Source: Lachnospiraceae bacterium
GTDB lineage: Bacteria > Bacillota > Clostridia > Lachnospirales > Lachnospiraceae
DNA: 64,000 nucleotides
Assembly (NCBI GenBank): GCA_045628965.1
Contig: JAZQQI010000006.1
Coordinates: forward strand, 104,271-168,270
Reading direction: 5' to 3'
Shown: positions 29,137 through 39,309 of the stretch, in pieces
Layout: every line of letters begins with the position of its first letter
Position numbering within the stretch: the stretch's first letter is position 1
Program-made: the position numbers and the translations under genes
Notes under the pieces: generated by a model
What the model was told of the DNA's origin: nothing
What the model saw: only the letters and a program-made list of their open reading frames with translations
The model's database searches: none

Positions 29137-30546
29137 ATGGGCGGATTTTTTGGAGTAACTTCCAAATCAAATTGTGTTTTCGATCTATTTTTCGGAATAG
29201 ATTATCATTCTCATTTAGGAACCAGACGAGGCGGTATGTGTCTGTATTCCGAGAACAAAGGATTTGACCGCGCCATACATAATATAGAAAATTCACCTTT
29301 CAGAACGAAGTTTGAACGTGACTTCGAGGAGATGGAAGGTACCGTCGGTATCGGGTGCATTTCCGATAACGAACCTCAACCGCTTATCGTACGTTCTCAT
29401 TTAGGGACATACTCACTTACCACGGTCGGTAAAATTTCCAATACAGACGATTTAGTAAATAAGCTCTTTCATGACGGAATGTCTCATTTTCTCGAAATGA
29501 GCGGCGGCAGCATTAATCAAACAGAATTGGTTGCAGCCATCATCAATCAGAAGAATTCCATTGTGGAGGGCTTATCTTATGTACAAGAGGTTATAGAAGG
29601 TTCAATGTCGGTTCTTCTCATGACAAGCGAGGGAATTTACGCTTCGAGAGATAAGCTTGGCAGGACACCGATTCATATAGGAAGAAAGAGCGACTCAATG
29701 TGTGCTTCTTTCGAAGATTTTGCGTACCTTCATTTGGGATACAAGGATATAAAAGACCTTGGCCCCGGAGAGATAGTGTATTTTACGGCAGACAGACTTG
29801 AAATCAAAAAAGAAGCCGAGAAGGAGATGAAGATTTGTTCATTCCTCTGGGTTTACTACGGATACCCCACATCGGGTTACGAAGGAATAAATGTCGAAGA
29901 CATGAGATACAGAAACGGCGCAAATATGGCCAAGAGAGACGATGTTAAGGCAGATATCGTTGCCGGCGTTCCCGATTCCGGAACGGCTCATGCCATCGGA
30001 TACGCTAATGAATCTGACGCAAAGTTTGCAAGACCTTTTATTAAGTATACACCCACATGGCCCAGAAGCTTTATGCCGGTAAAACAGAGCCAGAGAAATC
30101 TTATCGCAAAGATGAAACTGATTCCTGTTGAGCCGTTGATAAGAGACAAATCCATGGTACTTATCGATGATTCCATTGTACGAGGAACACAACTTCGCGA
30201 AACGACCGATTTTCTCTTCGATTCCGGCGCTAAGGAAGTGCATGTAAGACCTGCATGCCCTCCGATTATGTACGGATGCAAGTATCTTAACTTCTCAAGA
30301 TCGAATTCTGACATGGATCTCATTGCCAGAAAAGTGATATATGAACTCGAAGACGGAAACGTAACTCCTGAGGTACTTGAGGAATATTCGAATCCCGAGA
30401 GCGAAAAGTATAAAAATATGGAAAAGAAAATTTGTGACATGATGCACTTTACGAGCCTTAAATTCAACAGACTTGATGATATGGTAGACGCTATAGGTCT
30501 TCCGAAGTGCAAGGTTTGTACATATTGTTTTGACGGAAAAGAGTAA
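29137..30546 (+). CDS. purF: Amidophosphoribosyltransferase, variant lacking the N-terminal Cys
   Basis: Starts MGGFFG; GVPDSG, VLIDDSIVRGT (PRPP-binding) and CTYCFDG. Confidence 0.92.
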   Translation: MGGFFGVTSKSNCVFDLFFGIDYHSHLGTRRGGMCLYSENKGFDRAIHNIENSPFRTKFERDFEEMEGTVGIGCISDNEPQPLIVRSHLGTYSLTTVGKISNTDDLVNKLFHDGMSHFLEMSGGSINQTELVAAIINQKNSIVEGLSYVQEVIEGSMSVLLMTSEGIYASRDKLGRTPIHIGRKSDSMCASFEDFAYLHLGYKDIKDLGPGEIVYFTADRLEIKKEAEKEMKICSFLWVYYGYPTSGYEGINVEDMRYRNGANMAKRDDVKADIVAGVPDSGTAHAIGYANESDAKFARPFIKYTPTWPRSFMPVKQSQRNLIAKMKLIPVEPLIRDKSMVLIDDSIVRGTQLRETTDFLFDSGAKEVHVRPACPPIMYGCKYLNFSRSNSDMDLIARKVIYELEDGNVTPEVLEEYSNPESEKYKNMEKKICDMMHFTSLKFNRLDDMVDAIGLPKCKVCTYCFDGKE

Positions 30547-30568
30547 TAAAATATAAAGGAGGCCCATT

Positions 30569-33500
30569 ATGGCAAAGAGAGAAGACATTCATAAGGTATT
30601 GATTATCGGTTCGGGTCCGATTATCATCGGTCAGGCATGCGAGTTCGATTATTCAGGTACTCAGGCATGTAAAGCGCTTAAGAAACTTGGATACGAGATA
30701 GTTCTCGTCAATTCCAATCCCGCTACGATTATGACCGATCCGGGAACGGCTGATATTACATATATCGAACCGCTTAACGTCGACAGACTTGAGCAGATTA
30801 TCGCTAAAGAGCGTCCCGATGCACTTCTTCCGAACCTCGGAGGACAGTCAGGTCTTAACCTTTGCTCGGAACTTGCCGAAGCGGGCGTTCTTGATAAATA
30901 CAATGTAAAAGTAATCGGTGTTCAGGTCGATGCCATTGAAAAAGGTGAAGACAGAATCGAATTTAAGAACACAATGGACAAACTCGGTGTCGAGATGGCA
31001 AGATCAAATGTTGCTTATTCGGTAGAAGAGGGTCTTAAGATTGCAGAAGAACTCGGATTCCCTGTAGTTCTTCGTCCTGCATACACAATGGGCGGCGCAG
31101 GCGGCGGACTTGTATATAATGTAGATGAATTTAAGACTGTTATGGCAAGAGGCCTTCAGGCTTCTTTGGTAGGACAGGTTCTTGTAGAAGAGTCAATCCT
31201 CGGTTGGGAAGAACTCGAACTTGAAGTCGTAAGAGACGCAAAGGGCAATATGATTACCGTTTGCTTCATTGAGAACATCGACCCGGTCGGCGTTCATACA
31301 GGCGATTCTTTCTGCTCGGCTCCCATGCTTACAATTTCGGAAGAGACTCAAAAGAAACTTCAGGAGCAGGCATATAAGATTGTAGATTCTGTAGAAGTTA
31401 TCGGCGGCTGCAACGTTCAGTTTGCGCATGACCCCGTTTCTGACAGAATCGTAGTAATCGAAATTAACCCCAGAACATCACGTTCCTCGGCTCTTGCTTC
31501 AAAGGCAACGGGATTCCCCATTGCTCTTGTATCCGCAATGCTTGCATCGGGCCTTACACTTGACGAAATTCCCTGCGGAAAGTACGGAACACTTGATAAG
31601 TATTATCCCGACGGCGATTATGTTGTTCTTAAATTTGCAAGATGGGCATTTGAGAAATTCAAAGGCGTTGAAGATAAACTCGGTACACAGATGAGAGCCG
31701 TAGGCGAAGTAATGAGTATCGGTAAGACATATAAGGAAGCATTCCAGAAGGCTATAAGATCTCTTGAAAAGAATCGTTACGGCCTCGGATATGTAAAGAA
31801 CTTTAACGAGATGACAAAGGAAGAACTTCTTTCGAATCTTGTTATCGCAACAAGCGAAAGACAGTTTATCATGTACGAAGCTTTGAGAAAAGGCGCTACG
31901 GTTGATGAACTTTTCGAACTTACAAAGATTAAGAAATATTTCATCGAACAGATGAAGGAACTTGTTGATGAAGAGGAAGAAATCCTTAAATTCAAGGGCT
32001 CCGTTCCTTCGAATGAAGTGCTTACAAAAGCTAAAAAAGACGGTTTCTCGGATAAGTATTTGAGCCAGATTCTCGGAGTTAAGGAAGACGATATAAGAAA
32101 TGCAAGAAAAGCAATCGGTGTCGTTGAATGCTGGGATAAGGTTCACGTATCGGGAACAGAAGACAGTGCATATTACTATTCGACATACAATGCACCTGAC
32201 AAGACAACCGTATCCGATAAGAAGAAGGTAATGATTCTCGGCGGCGGTCCCAACAGAATCGGTCAGGGTATCGAGTTCGACTATTGTTGTGTTCATGCAG
32301 CATTTGCACTTCGCGAACTCGGTTTTGAAACAATTATCGTAAACTGCAACCCCGAAACGGTTTCCACAGACTACGATACATCGGATAAATTGTACTTTGA
32401 GCCTCTTACTCTTGAAGATGTTCTCAGTATTTATGAGAAAGAAAAGCCTGTCGGCGTTATTGCTCAGTTCGGAGGTCAGACACCTCTTAACCTTGCAGAT
32501 TCTCTGCAGGCAAACGGCGTAAAGATTCTCGGAACGACTCCCGAAGTTATCGATATGGCCGAAGACAGAGATTTGTTCCGCGCCATGATGGATAAACTCG
32601 GAATTCCCATGCCTGAAGCAGGAATGGCTGTTAATGTTGACGAAGCAATTGAAATTGCAGAGAAAATCGGATATCCCGTTATGGTACGTCCTTCCTTCGT
32701 ACTCGGCGGCCGCGGAATGGAAGTTGTTTACGACAGAGAAATGCTTAAGGACTACATGGCGGCAGCTGTAGGCGTAACACCCGACAGACCCATCCTTATC
32801 GACAGATTCTTAAAGAACGCAATGGAATGTGAAGCAGATGCAATTTGCGACGGCGAGCATGCTTTTGTTCCTGCTGTTATGGAGCATATCGAACTTGCCG
32901 GAATTCACTCGGGTGACTCGGCTTGCATCCTTCCTTCAAAGCACATTTCCGCAGAGAATCTTGCAACAATTAAAGAATACACAAAGAAGATTGCGGTTGA
33001 GATGAACGTACGCGGTCTTATGAATATGCAGTATGCCATCGAAGACGGCGTAGTATACGTTATCGAAGCAAATCCCAGAGCATCACGTACGGTGCCTCTT
33101 GTTTCAAAGGTTTGCGGTATTCAGATGGTTAAACTCGCAACACAGATTATTACGGGAGAACTTACAGGCAATCCTTCACCGGTACCCGAACTTAAGGATG
33201 CTCACTTTGACTATTACGGAGTAAAGGAAGCAGTATTCCCCTTCAATATGTTCCCTGAAGTCGATCCTCTTCTCGGACCGGAAATGAGATCCACAGGTGA
33301 GGTTCTCGGTATCGCTCCCGATTTCGGTGAGGCATATTACAAGGCACAGGAAGGAACAAAGAATCCTCTTCCCACAAAGGGATGCGTTCTCATTTCCGTA
33401 AACAAGAACGATAAGAAGGAACTTCCCGAAGTTGCCAAGGCATTTAACGATTGCGGATTTAAGATTATGGCTACGGGTTCAACATATGACCTCATCGCTT

Positions 33501-33790
33501 CTTTAGGAATTCCCGCAGAGAAGATTAAGAAGATGCAGGAAGGCAGACCTAACATTGTCGATGCCATTACAAACGGACAGATTCAGCTTATCGTTAACAC
33601 ACCTGCAGGAAAAGATAAGGTATTTGACGACTCATATATCAGAAAGAATGCCATTAAGCATAAGATTCCTTATATTACCACAATGGCTGCAGCAAAAGCA
33701 TCCGCAGCAGGTATTAAGGCTGTTCTTGAGCAGGGCGTAATCGGTGTAGAAAGTCTTCAGGACATCCATAAGGGAATAAGCTACAAATAA
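30569..33790 (+). CDS. carB: Carbamoyl-phosphate synthase large subunit
   Basis: IGSGPIIIGQACEFDYSG, GVHTGDS, GQGIEFDY and GIHSGDS; C-terminal MGS domain. Confidence 0.97.
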   Translation: MAKREDIHKVLIIGSGPIIIGQACEFDYSGTQACKALKKLGYEIVLVNSNPATIMTDPGTADITYIEPLNVDRLEQIIAKERPDALLPNLGGQSGLNLCSELAEAGVLDKYNVKVIGVQVDAIEKGEDRIEFKNTMDKLGVEMARSNVAYSVEEGLKIAEELGFPVVLRPAYTMGGAGGGLVYNVDEFKTVMARGLQASLVGQVLVEESILGWEELELEVVRDAKGNMITVCFIENIDPVGVHTGDSFCSAPMLTISEETQKKLQEQAYKIVDSVEVIGGCNVQFAHDPVSDRIVVIEINPRTSRSSALASKATGFPIALVSAMLASGLTLDEIPCGKYGTLDKYYPDGDYVVLKFARWAFEKFKGVEDKLGTQMRAVGEVMSIGKTYKEAFQKAIRSLEKNRYGLGYVKNFNEMTKEELLSNLVIATSERQFIMYEALRKGATVDELFELTKIKKYFIEQMKELVDEEEEILKFKGSVPSNEVLTKAKKDGFSDKYLSQILGVKEDDIRNARKAIGVVECWDKVHVSGTEDSAYYYSTYNAPDKTTVSDKKKVMILGGGPNRIGQGIEFDYCCVHAAFALRELGFETIIVNCNPETVSTDYDTSDKLYFEPLTLEDVLSIYEKEKPVGVIAQFGGQTPLNLADSLQANGVKILGTTPEVIDMAEDRDLFRAMMDKLGIPMPEAGMAVNVDEAIEIAEKIGYPVMVRPSFVLGGRGMEVVYDREMLKDYMAAAVGVTPDRPILIDRFLKNAMECEADAICDGEHAFVPAVMEHIELAGIHSGDSACILPSKHISAENLATIKEYTKKIAVEMNVRGLMNMQYAIEDGVVYVIEANPRASRTVPLVSKVCGIQMVKLATQIITGELTGNPSPVPELKDAHFDYYGVKEAVFPFNMFPEVDPLLGPEMRSTGEVLGIAPDFGEAYYKAQEGTKNPLPTKGCVLISVNKNDKKELPEVAKAFNDCGFKIMATGSTYDLIASLGIPAEKIKKMQEGRPNIVDAITNGQIQLIVNTPAGKDKVFDDSYIRKNAIKHKIPYITTMAAAKASAAGIKAVLEQGVIGVESLQDIHKGISYK

Positions 33791-33926
33791 ATGCTCAAAA
33801 AGGTTGTTTGTGCACTTATATTTGCAGTTGGTGCAATTTGGTCAAGTTCCTTACCAAAAAGGTTGCTTTTTTAGTGAAAAATATATAAAATAGTACCGAA
33901 TGATGTTTTAATCAGGAGGGTTTGAA

Positions 33927-34616
33927 ATGATTTACACCTATGAATTATCTGTTCAGGTCAAGAAACTTTTGGCAGGAGATACGGCGGCATTCGATAAGTT
34001 TTTTGTAATGACGGCTGACGACGTGTATTTTCATGTTTCTATGGTAATAAGAGATCCGGCTGAAGCTGAAGATATGGTAGTAAAGATTTATAAGAATCTT
34101 TACAAAAGAATCGGCAGAATCGATAAAGTTGAGAACGTAATTTCCTGGTATAATCAGATTTTATATAACGAACTTGACGACTGGGTTGGAAAGAATTATA
34201 TGAATATTCTTCTTCAGGAAGAGAACGGAAAGTACGATAACCCCAAGGCAAACATTGATGTTCTTTATGGCGAGAAGGTTTATAACGAGGCAGAGACATC
34301 TCTTGTTACTGTTGATTATCTTTACGAACTGAATCCTTTGCATTCATTGACGGCACTTGCATATTTCTTCGACAAAATGGAGATTGACAAAATTGCAAAT
34401 CTGTTGCAGGTTGACGATGAGAGAATAGTGAAGAGAGTTAAGTACATTACGCTTACGATAGAAGATTTTTGTAAGAAATATGCTCAGAATCATGAGGTAA
34501 GAATTGCACAGGTTGACGCACATATGATTCTTTTGGCATATGTTCAGCTTTTCAAATCGGTTGAACTTCCTCATCCCAACAAAGTATATCAAAGAGTAAT
34601 TGAGGTTTTGCAATAA
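33927..34616 (+). CDS. Divergent ECF-type sigma-70 factor-like protein
   Basis: Region-2-like AEAEDMV..IY and SWYNQILYN; region-4-like IDKIANLLQVDDERIVKR. Confidence 0.6.
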   Translation: MIYTYELSVQVKKLLAGDTAAFDKFFVMTADDVYFHVSMVIRDPAEAEDMVVKIYKNLYKRIGRIDKVENVISWYNQILYNELDDWVGKNYMNILLQEENGKYDNPKANIDVLYGEKVYNEAETSLVTVDYLYELNPLHSLTALAYFFDKMEIDKIANLLQVDDERIVKRVKYITLTIEDFCKKYAQNHEVRIAQVDAHMILLAYVQLFKSVELPHPNKVYQRVIEVLQ

Positions 34617-34618
34617 AG

Positions 34619-35278
34619 ATGTACAAATATTTGTTTTTTGATTTAGACGGTACATTAACCGATTCACACGAAGGCATAACTAAGTCTGTTAGTTATGCCT
34701 TAGTTAGTTTGGGATATAAAGAGCCTGAACTTGACAGTCTTTTCGGATTTATCGGACCGCCTTTATCGGATTCTTTCAAAAAATACTATAATATGAACGA
34801 CGACGAGGCGAAGGAAGCAATAAGTCTGTATCGAGAGCGCTATTCGACAATCGGCAAATTTGAAAATTACCCGTATGAAGGTATACCGGAACTGCTTAAT
34901 AAGCTTAAGAAGCAGGGGAGAAAACTGATTATAGCTTCTTCAAAGCCCACGGAATTCGTTGTGGACATTCTTAAAAAATTCGAGATTTACGATTATTTCG
35001 ATATTGTCCAGGGAGCAGACATGGCCGGACTTAAGGGCACCAAGGAAGCCGTTATCGAAGGGGCAATGGAAATGCTCGGAATCGGTGAAGAGAATAAAGC
35101 GGAAGTCGTTATGATAGGCGACAGACATTATGACATAAACGGCGCTAAGTATTTTGGAATAGATTCCATAGGAGTCAATTACGGTTTCAAACAGTCAGAG
35201 AAAGAACTTGAAGAGGCCGGTGCAACTTATGTTGCGGATACGGTTGAAGAACTCGGAAAGCTTCTGGATAGGATATAG
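34619..35278 (+). CDS. HAD-superfamily (IA) phosphatase
   Basis: FDLDGTLTDS, ASSKP and MIGDRHYDI. Confidence 0.9.
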   Translation: MYKYLFFDLDGTLTDSHEGITKSVSYALVSLGYKEPELDSLFGFIGPPLSDSFKKYYNMNDDEAKEAISLYRERYSTIGKFENYPYEGIPELLNKLKKQGRKLIIASSKPTEFVVDILKKFEIYDYFDIVQGADMAGLKGTKEAVIEGAMEMLGIGEENKAEVVMIGDRHYDINGAKYFGIDSIGVNYGFKQSEKELEEAGATYVADTVEELGKLLDRI

Positions 35279-35380
35279 ACAGCAACATAAAAAAGCAATA
35301 TATGCTGTCTGTAGATTCAACGAACCGGCTCGAATTCCGAAATAGGCTCTTGGGCAAAATCGGTTATACTATAGGTATAC

Positions 35381-35409
35381 TTGAAAAGCAAGATGAATTT
35401 GGTTATAAT
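35381..35409 (+). promoter_or_regulatory. SigA-type promoter of tyrS
   Basis: TTGAAA, 17 nt, TATAAT, ~30 nt before the start codon. Confidence 0.65.
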
Positions 35410-35441
35410 ACGAAAGACGTTTTCTAATAAGGAGTAAAGAT

Positions 35442-36665
35442 ATGAAAATTTACGAAGAATTGCAGGCAAGAGGACTTCTTGCACAACTTACGGACGAAGA
35501 AGAAATAAGAGAACTTATCAATAACGGTAAAGCCGTATTTTATATAGGATTTGACCCCACGGCAGACAGCCTTCATGTAGGTCACTTTATGGCACTTTGC
35601 CTTATGAAGAGACTTCAGATGGCAGGCAATAAGCCTATTGCACTTCTCGGCGGCGGTACCGGAATGATCGGAGACCCTTCCGGAAAGACCGATATGCGAA
35701 AGATGCTTACCAAAGAAGATATCGCTCACAACTGCGAGTGCTTTAAGAAGCAGATGAGCAAGTTTATCGATTTTTCGGATGACAAGGCAATCATGGTAAA
35801 CAATGCCGATTGGCTTTTGGATTTGAACTATGTTGATGTATTAAGAGAAGTCGGACCTCATTTCTCCGTTAACAGAATGCTTACGGCAGAATGCTACAAG
35901 CAGAGAATGGAAAGAGGACTTACTTTCCTTGAATTCAACTATATGATTATGCAGAGCTACGATTTCTATATGCTTTTCCAGAAGTACGGATGCAACATGG
36001 AATTCGGCGGTGACGACCAGTGGTCGAACATGCTCGGCGGTACGGAACTTATAAGAAGAAAACTCGGCAAAGACGCTTATGCCATGACAATACAACTCCT
36101 TCTTAATTCCGAAGGAAAGAAAATGGGTAAGACAGAAAAGGGTGCCGTATGGCTCGATCCCGAAAAGACATCTCCTTACGAATTCTACCAGTACTGGAGA
36201 AACGTTGCGGATGACGACGTACTTAAGTGTATAAGAATGCTTACATTTATCCCTCTCGAAGAAATTGACAAGATGGATGCATGGGAAGGCGCAGAACTTA
36301 ATAAGGCTAAAGAGATTCTTGCCTTTGAACTTACAAAGATGGTTCATGGCGAGGAAGAGGCAAAGAAGGCAGAGGAAGCTTCCAAGGCATTGTTTGCAGG
36401 CGGCGGAAATATGGAGAATATGCCTCAGGTTCAGGTAACCGACGACATGTTCAGAGACGGTCAGGTCGATCTTATTTCAATTCTTGTGGCTGCTAAATTC
36501 GTTCCCACAAGATCGGAAGGAAGAAGAACAATCGAGCAGGGCGGATGCACGGTCAACGACGAGAAAATAACCGATTTCAAGAAGGGATTTACAAAAGAAG
36601 AAATCTCATCCGGAGACATTATTGTCAGAAAAGGAAAGAAGAATTTCTGTAAAGTTGTATTATAA
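35442..36665 (+). CDS. tyrS: Tyrosine--tRNA ligase
   Basis: [21 protein letters not shown] and KMGKT; C-terminal S4-like domain. Confidence 0.97.
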   Translation: MKIYEELQARGLLAQLTDEEEIRELINNGKAVFYIGFDPTADSLHVGHFMALCLMKRLQMAGNKPIALLGGGTGMIGDPSGKTDMRKMLTKEDIAHNCECFKKQMSKFIDFSDDKAIMVNNADWLLDLNYVDVLREVGPHFSVNRMLTAECYKQRMERGLTFLEFNYMIMQSYDFYMLFQKYGCNMEFGGDDQWSNMLGGTELIRRKLGKDAYAMTIQLLLNSEGKKMGKTEKGAVWLDPEKTSPYEFYQYWRNVADDDVLKCIRMLTFIPLEEIDKMDAWEGAELNKAKEILAFELTKMVHGEEEAKKAEEASKALFAGGGNMENMPQVQVTDDMFRDGQVDLISILVAAKFVPTRSEGRRTIEQGGCTVNDEKITDFKKGFTKEEISSGDIIVRKGKKNFCKVVL

Positions 36666-36685
36666 AACGGACATATGATATTTTG

Positions 36686-36713
36686 AGCCTTTGGTTTTTC
36701 CAAAGGCTTTTTT
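36686..36713 (+). terminator. Intrinsic terminator after tyrS
   Basis: AGCCTTTGG-TTTTT-CCAAAGGCT plus T-run. Confidence 0.8.
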
Positions 36714-36773
36714 ATTTGTGAAAAATATGTTAAAATTATTGTGTATGCAAAAATCTTTTATGAGGAATAGGAA

Positions 36774-38114
36774 ATGATTTACAGAAGTCTTGCGTGTTTA
36801 TGCTTTGTGCTCTTTTATGCCACATATTTCGTTAAGCTTTTGAAACAAAAGAAAAAAGGCATAGTAACGGATCAATTAGGAAAGGGCACGGGAAAAAGTA
36901 AGACATTTTATATAGAAATAATTTTAAAAATTGTGACGGTTATTGCTGCGACAATCGATGCAATCAGTATAATTCTCGGACGTTCCTATTTGGGAATCAT
37001 GTGGAAGGCGATAGGCCTATATTTTGCATTTAGCGGCGGCATTCTTTTGATTCTTGCTACATTCTTCATGAAAGACAACTGGCGTGCGGGAGTGGCAAAG
37101 GAAGAAAATGACAGAAGCCTTGTTACGAACGGAATATATAAATTCAGCAGAAATCCCGCATTCCTTGGATTCGATTTTTGCTACATCGGCTTTTGCCTTA
37201 TGTATTGCAATCCGTTCACAATAGGGATAACAATTCTCGGAATTGTAGGATTTCATATTCAGATTCTCGAAGAAGAAAAGTATCTGGCAAAGAAGTTTGG
37301 CGAAGAATACTCGGATTATAAGAAAAACGTTTCCAGATATCTCGGATTCGGCAAACCTACATTCAAAAAGCTTGTCTGCGTAATTTATATCGTGATTGCG
37401 GTGTGGTCTGCATTTTATCTTGTGACACTTTTGGCGTATGCCGGACCGACGCTTTCATGGATATGGATTTGGATACTTATCGGCGGATATGCAGTGTTAA
37501 GATTCGTAATGCTTTATCGTGAGATAAAAGGAATCGGCAAGTTCAGAATTCCGAAAACTTTGTATGTGATTTATCTTTGCTTTGTGACATTGTGCCTGAT
37601 ATTTTTTACCATAGTAGAAGTAAATGTCGTTAAAGCTATGACGGCAAAACCAAAAGAAAATTTGTCTTATGTAATTGTTTTGGGAGCCGGCTTAAACGGT
37701 ACAAGACCTTCCAATCCGTTGGTGAAAAGAATTGAAAAAGCTGCCGAGTACATGTCCGATAATCCGGACACAATACTTATCGCTTCGGGCGGACAGGGAA
37801 TGTTCGAATCTATAAGCGAAGCAGAATGTATAAAAAACGAACTTGTGAAAAAAGGTGTGGATGAAAGTCGTATAATTCTTGAGGACAAATCCACAAGCAC
37901 CGAAGAAAACCTGCGATTTTCCATGAAAATAATCGGCGACGCTGATGCGGATGTGGGTATTATCACCAACAGCTTTCATGAATATCGCGCAGGACTTATA
38001 GCAAAACGCGAAGGGTATACCAATTACTATTCGGTACCTGCGGTAACGCTTTTCCCTGTTGGAGTTCACTATATGTTAAGAGAATTCTTCGGAGTTGTAA
38101 GATTGATGATTTAA
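36774..38114 (+). CDS. Fusion of an ICMT/PEMT-like membrane methyltransferase domain and a YdcF/DUF218 domain
   Basis: LVTNGIYKFSRNPAFLG and EEKYLAKKFGEEYSDYKKNVSRY; later VIVLGAG, ASGGQG, SEAECI, EDKSTSTEENL and TNSFHEYRA. Confidence 0.85.
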   Translation: MIYRSLACLCFVLFYATYFVKLLKQKKKGIVTDQLGKGTGKSKTFYIEIILKIVTVIAATIDAISIILGRSYLGIMWKAIGLYFAFSGGILLILATFFMKDNWRAGVAKEENDRSLVTNGIYKFSRNPAFLGFDFCYIGFCLMYCNPFTIGITILGIVGFHIQILEEEKYLAKKFGEEYSDYKKNVSRYLGFGKPTFKKLVCVIYIVIAVWSAFYLVTLLAYAGPTLSWIWIWILIGGYAVLRFVMLYREIKGIGKFRIPKTLYVIYLCFVTLCLIFFTIVEVNVVKAMTAKPKENLSYVIVLGAGLNGTRPSNPLVKRIEKAAEYMSDNPDTILIASGGQGMFESISEAECIKNELVKKGVDESRIILEDKSTSTEENLRFSMKIIGDADADVGIITNSFHEYRAGLIAKREGYTNYYSVPAVTLFPVGVHYMLREFFGVVRLMI

Positions 38115-38160
38115 AAAATAAAAGCCGTAAAAAGAATACGGCGGGAGGAAGGATTAATAA

Positions 38161-39228
38161 ATGAAAAAAAGAAAAATCAACACCATAATGCTTTCAATAA
38201 TGACGGCGCTTTGTGTGACGGCATGTAACAATTCGGGAAATGTATCGCCCGAACCCGATATTTTGCCGGAACCGGAAGAAATAATCGAACAGGATTCGGA
38301 AACAAACGAAAATTATGATGAGAATCTTTCCGGAAATACCGATGAAAATGCGACAGAAGGATTTGTTGCTGACGGTTTGTATGGGGATTTTCTTTTCACA
38401 GACGGACTTTTGTATTTCGATGAAGAGAAAACTGTCAATATAAATTCTATTTTTAGCCCGGAGATGCTTTACAAGGAGTATTGTCCCGATTATTCAAAAG
38501 GATATACTTTGAAAGAAACAGTCAAAATGGTGTTGGCGGCAGCTTGGAACGATCCCGAAATAGAGGCTGAAGCTTATTATTGGATGATAGATGCCGGCGC
38601 GGATGGTGTACCGGAAATGTGTGTTTCGATAACGGCAGATTCGCCGGTCTTGAATAGTGTAATGTTTGTGACAAAAGAAATTGACGGGAAACTTCAATGC
38701 CTTTGTTTCTTAACTTCAGGGGTACGCTTTTCTTACAATTTATCCTATTATGGTTTTATCACTGAAACAGGTGCCGGAGGTGCCGGAGATCATTCATATA
38801 CCGAAAGATACATTGATGCGGACGGAACATGTAAGTTCCTTTTTAAAGAAGAGGACTTATATCCCGGATTCAGTTCTTGCAAATCGGATGCCTTTGAAGA
38901 AATAAGTGTCAAACTTACGGAACTTGAGGATAATAAGGGATATACGGTTGTTACGGATGTCGCTTCTTTTGAAGATGAATATCGCACGGATAATTTCATT
39001 ACGAAAATTTCAATATATGATGCAGAAGGTCAGGAAATTACCGAAGCAACCCCCATTTATGAAGAAGCAAAACAGATATTTGCCAACGAGGGAATAAGCG
39101 TTATAAGTTCGGATGAATATAACAGTGTTCTCGAAAAAATACATGAAACGGAAGGAATTACCGACGAAACGATGAATTTTTTCGACAAGATTGAATCTCA
39201 ATATGTTGATTACAACGTCAAAGGGTAA
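38161..39228 (+). CDS. Hypothetical acidic lipoprotein
   Basis: Lipobox VTAC; contains IDAGADGVPEMCV. Confidence 0.75.
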   Translation: MKKRKINTIMLSIMTALCVTACNNSGNVSPEPDILPEPEEIIEQDSETNENYDENLSGNTDENATEGFVADGLYGDFLFTDGLLYFDEEKTVNINSIFSPEMLYKEYCPDYSKGYTLKETVKMVLAAAWNDPEIEAEAYYWMIDAGADGVPEMCVSITADSPVLNSVMFVTKEIDGKLQCLCFLTSGVRFSYNLSYYGFITETGAGGAGDHSYTERYIDADGTCKFLFKEEDLYPGFSSCKSDAFEEISVKLTELEDNKGYTVVTDVASFEDEYRTDNFITKISIYDAEGQEITEATPIYEEAKQIFANEGISVISSDEYNSVLEKIHETEGITDETMNFFDKIESQYVDYNVKG

Positions 39229-39309
39229 CGAACGCTAATTTTTGAAGGATTATAAATTTGTATCCTTATAACGGATAAAGGGAAAAAAGCATAAAAGTAC
39301 GGAGGGAAA

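Noticed and set aside
33795-33875. CAAAAAGGTTG direct repeat and TGCAC/GTGCA hairpin after carB
   Set aside because: Short, AT-rich, and not found elsewhere in the window; insufficient support for a function.
35279-35441. Possible T-box leader for tyrS
   Set aside because: No T-box consensus or terminator was found, and a good promoter lies only ~30 nt before the start codon.
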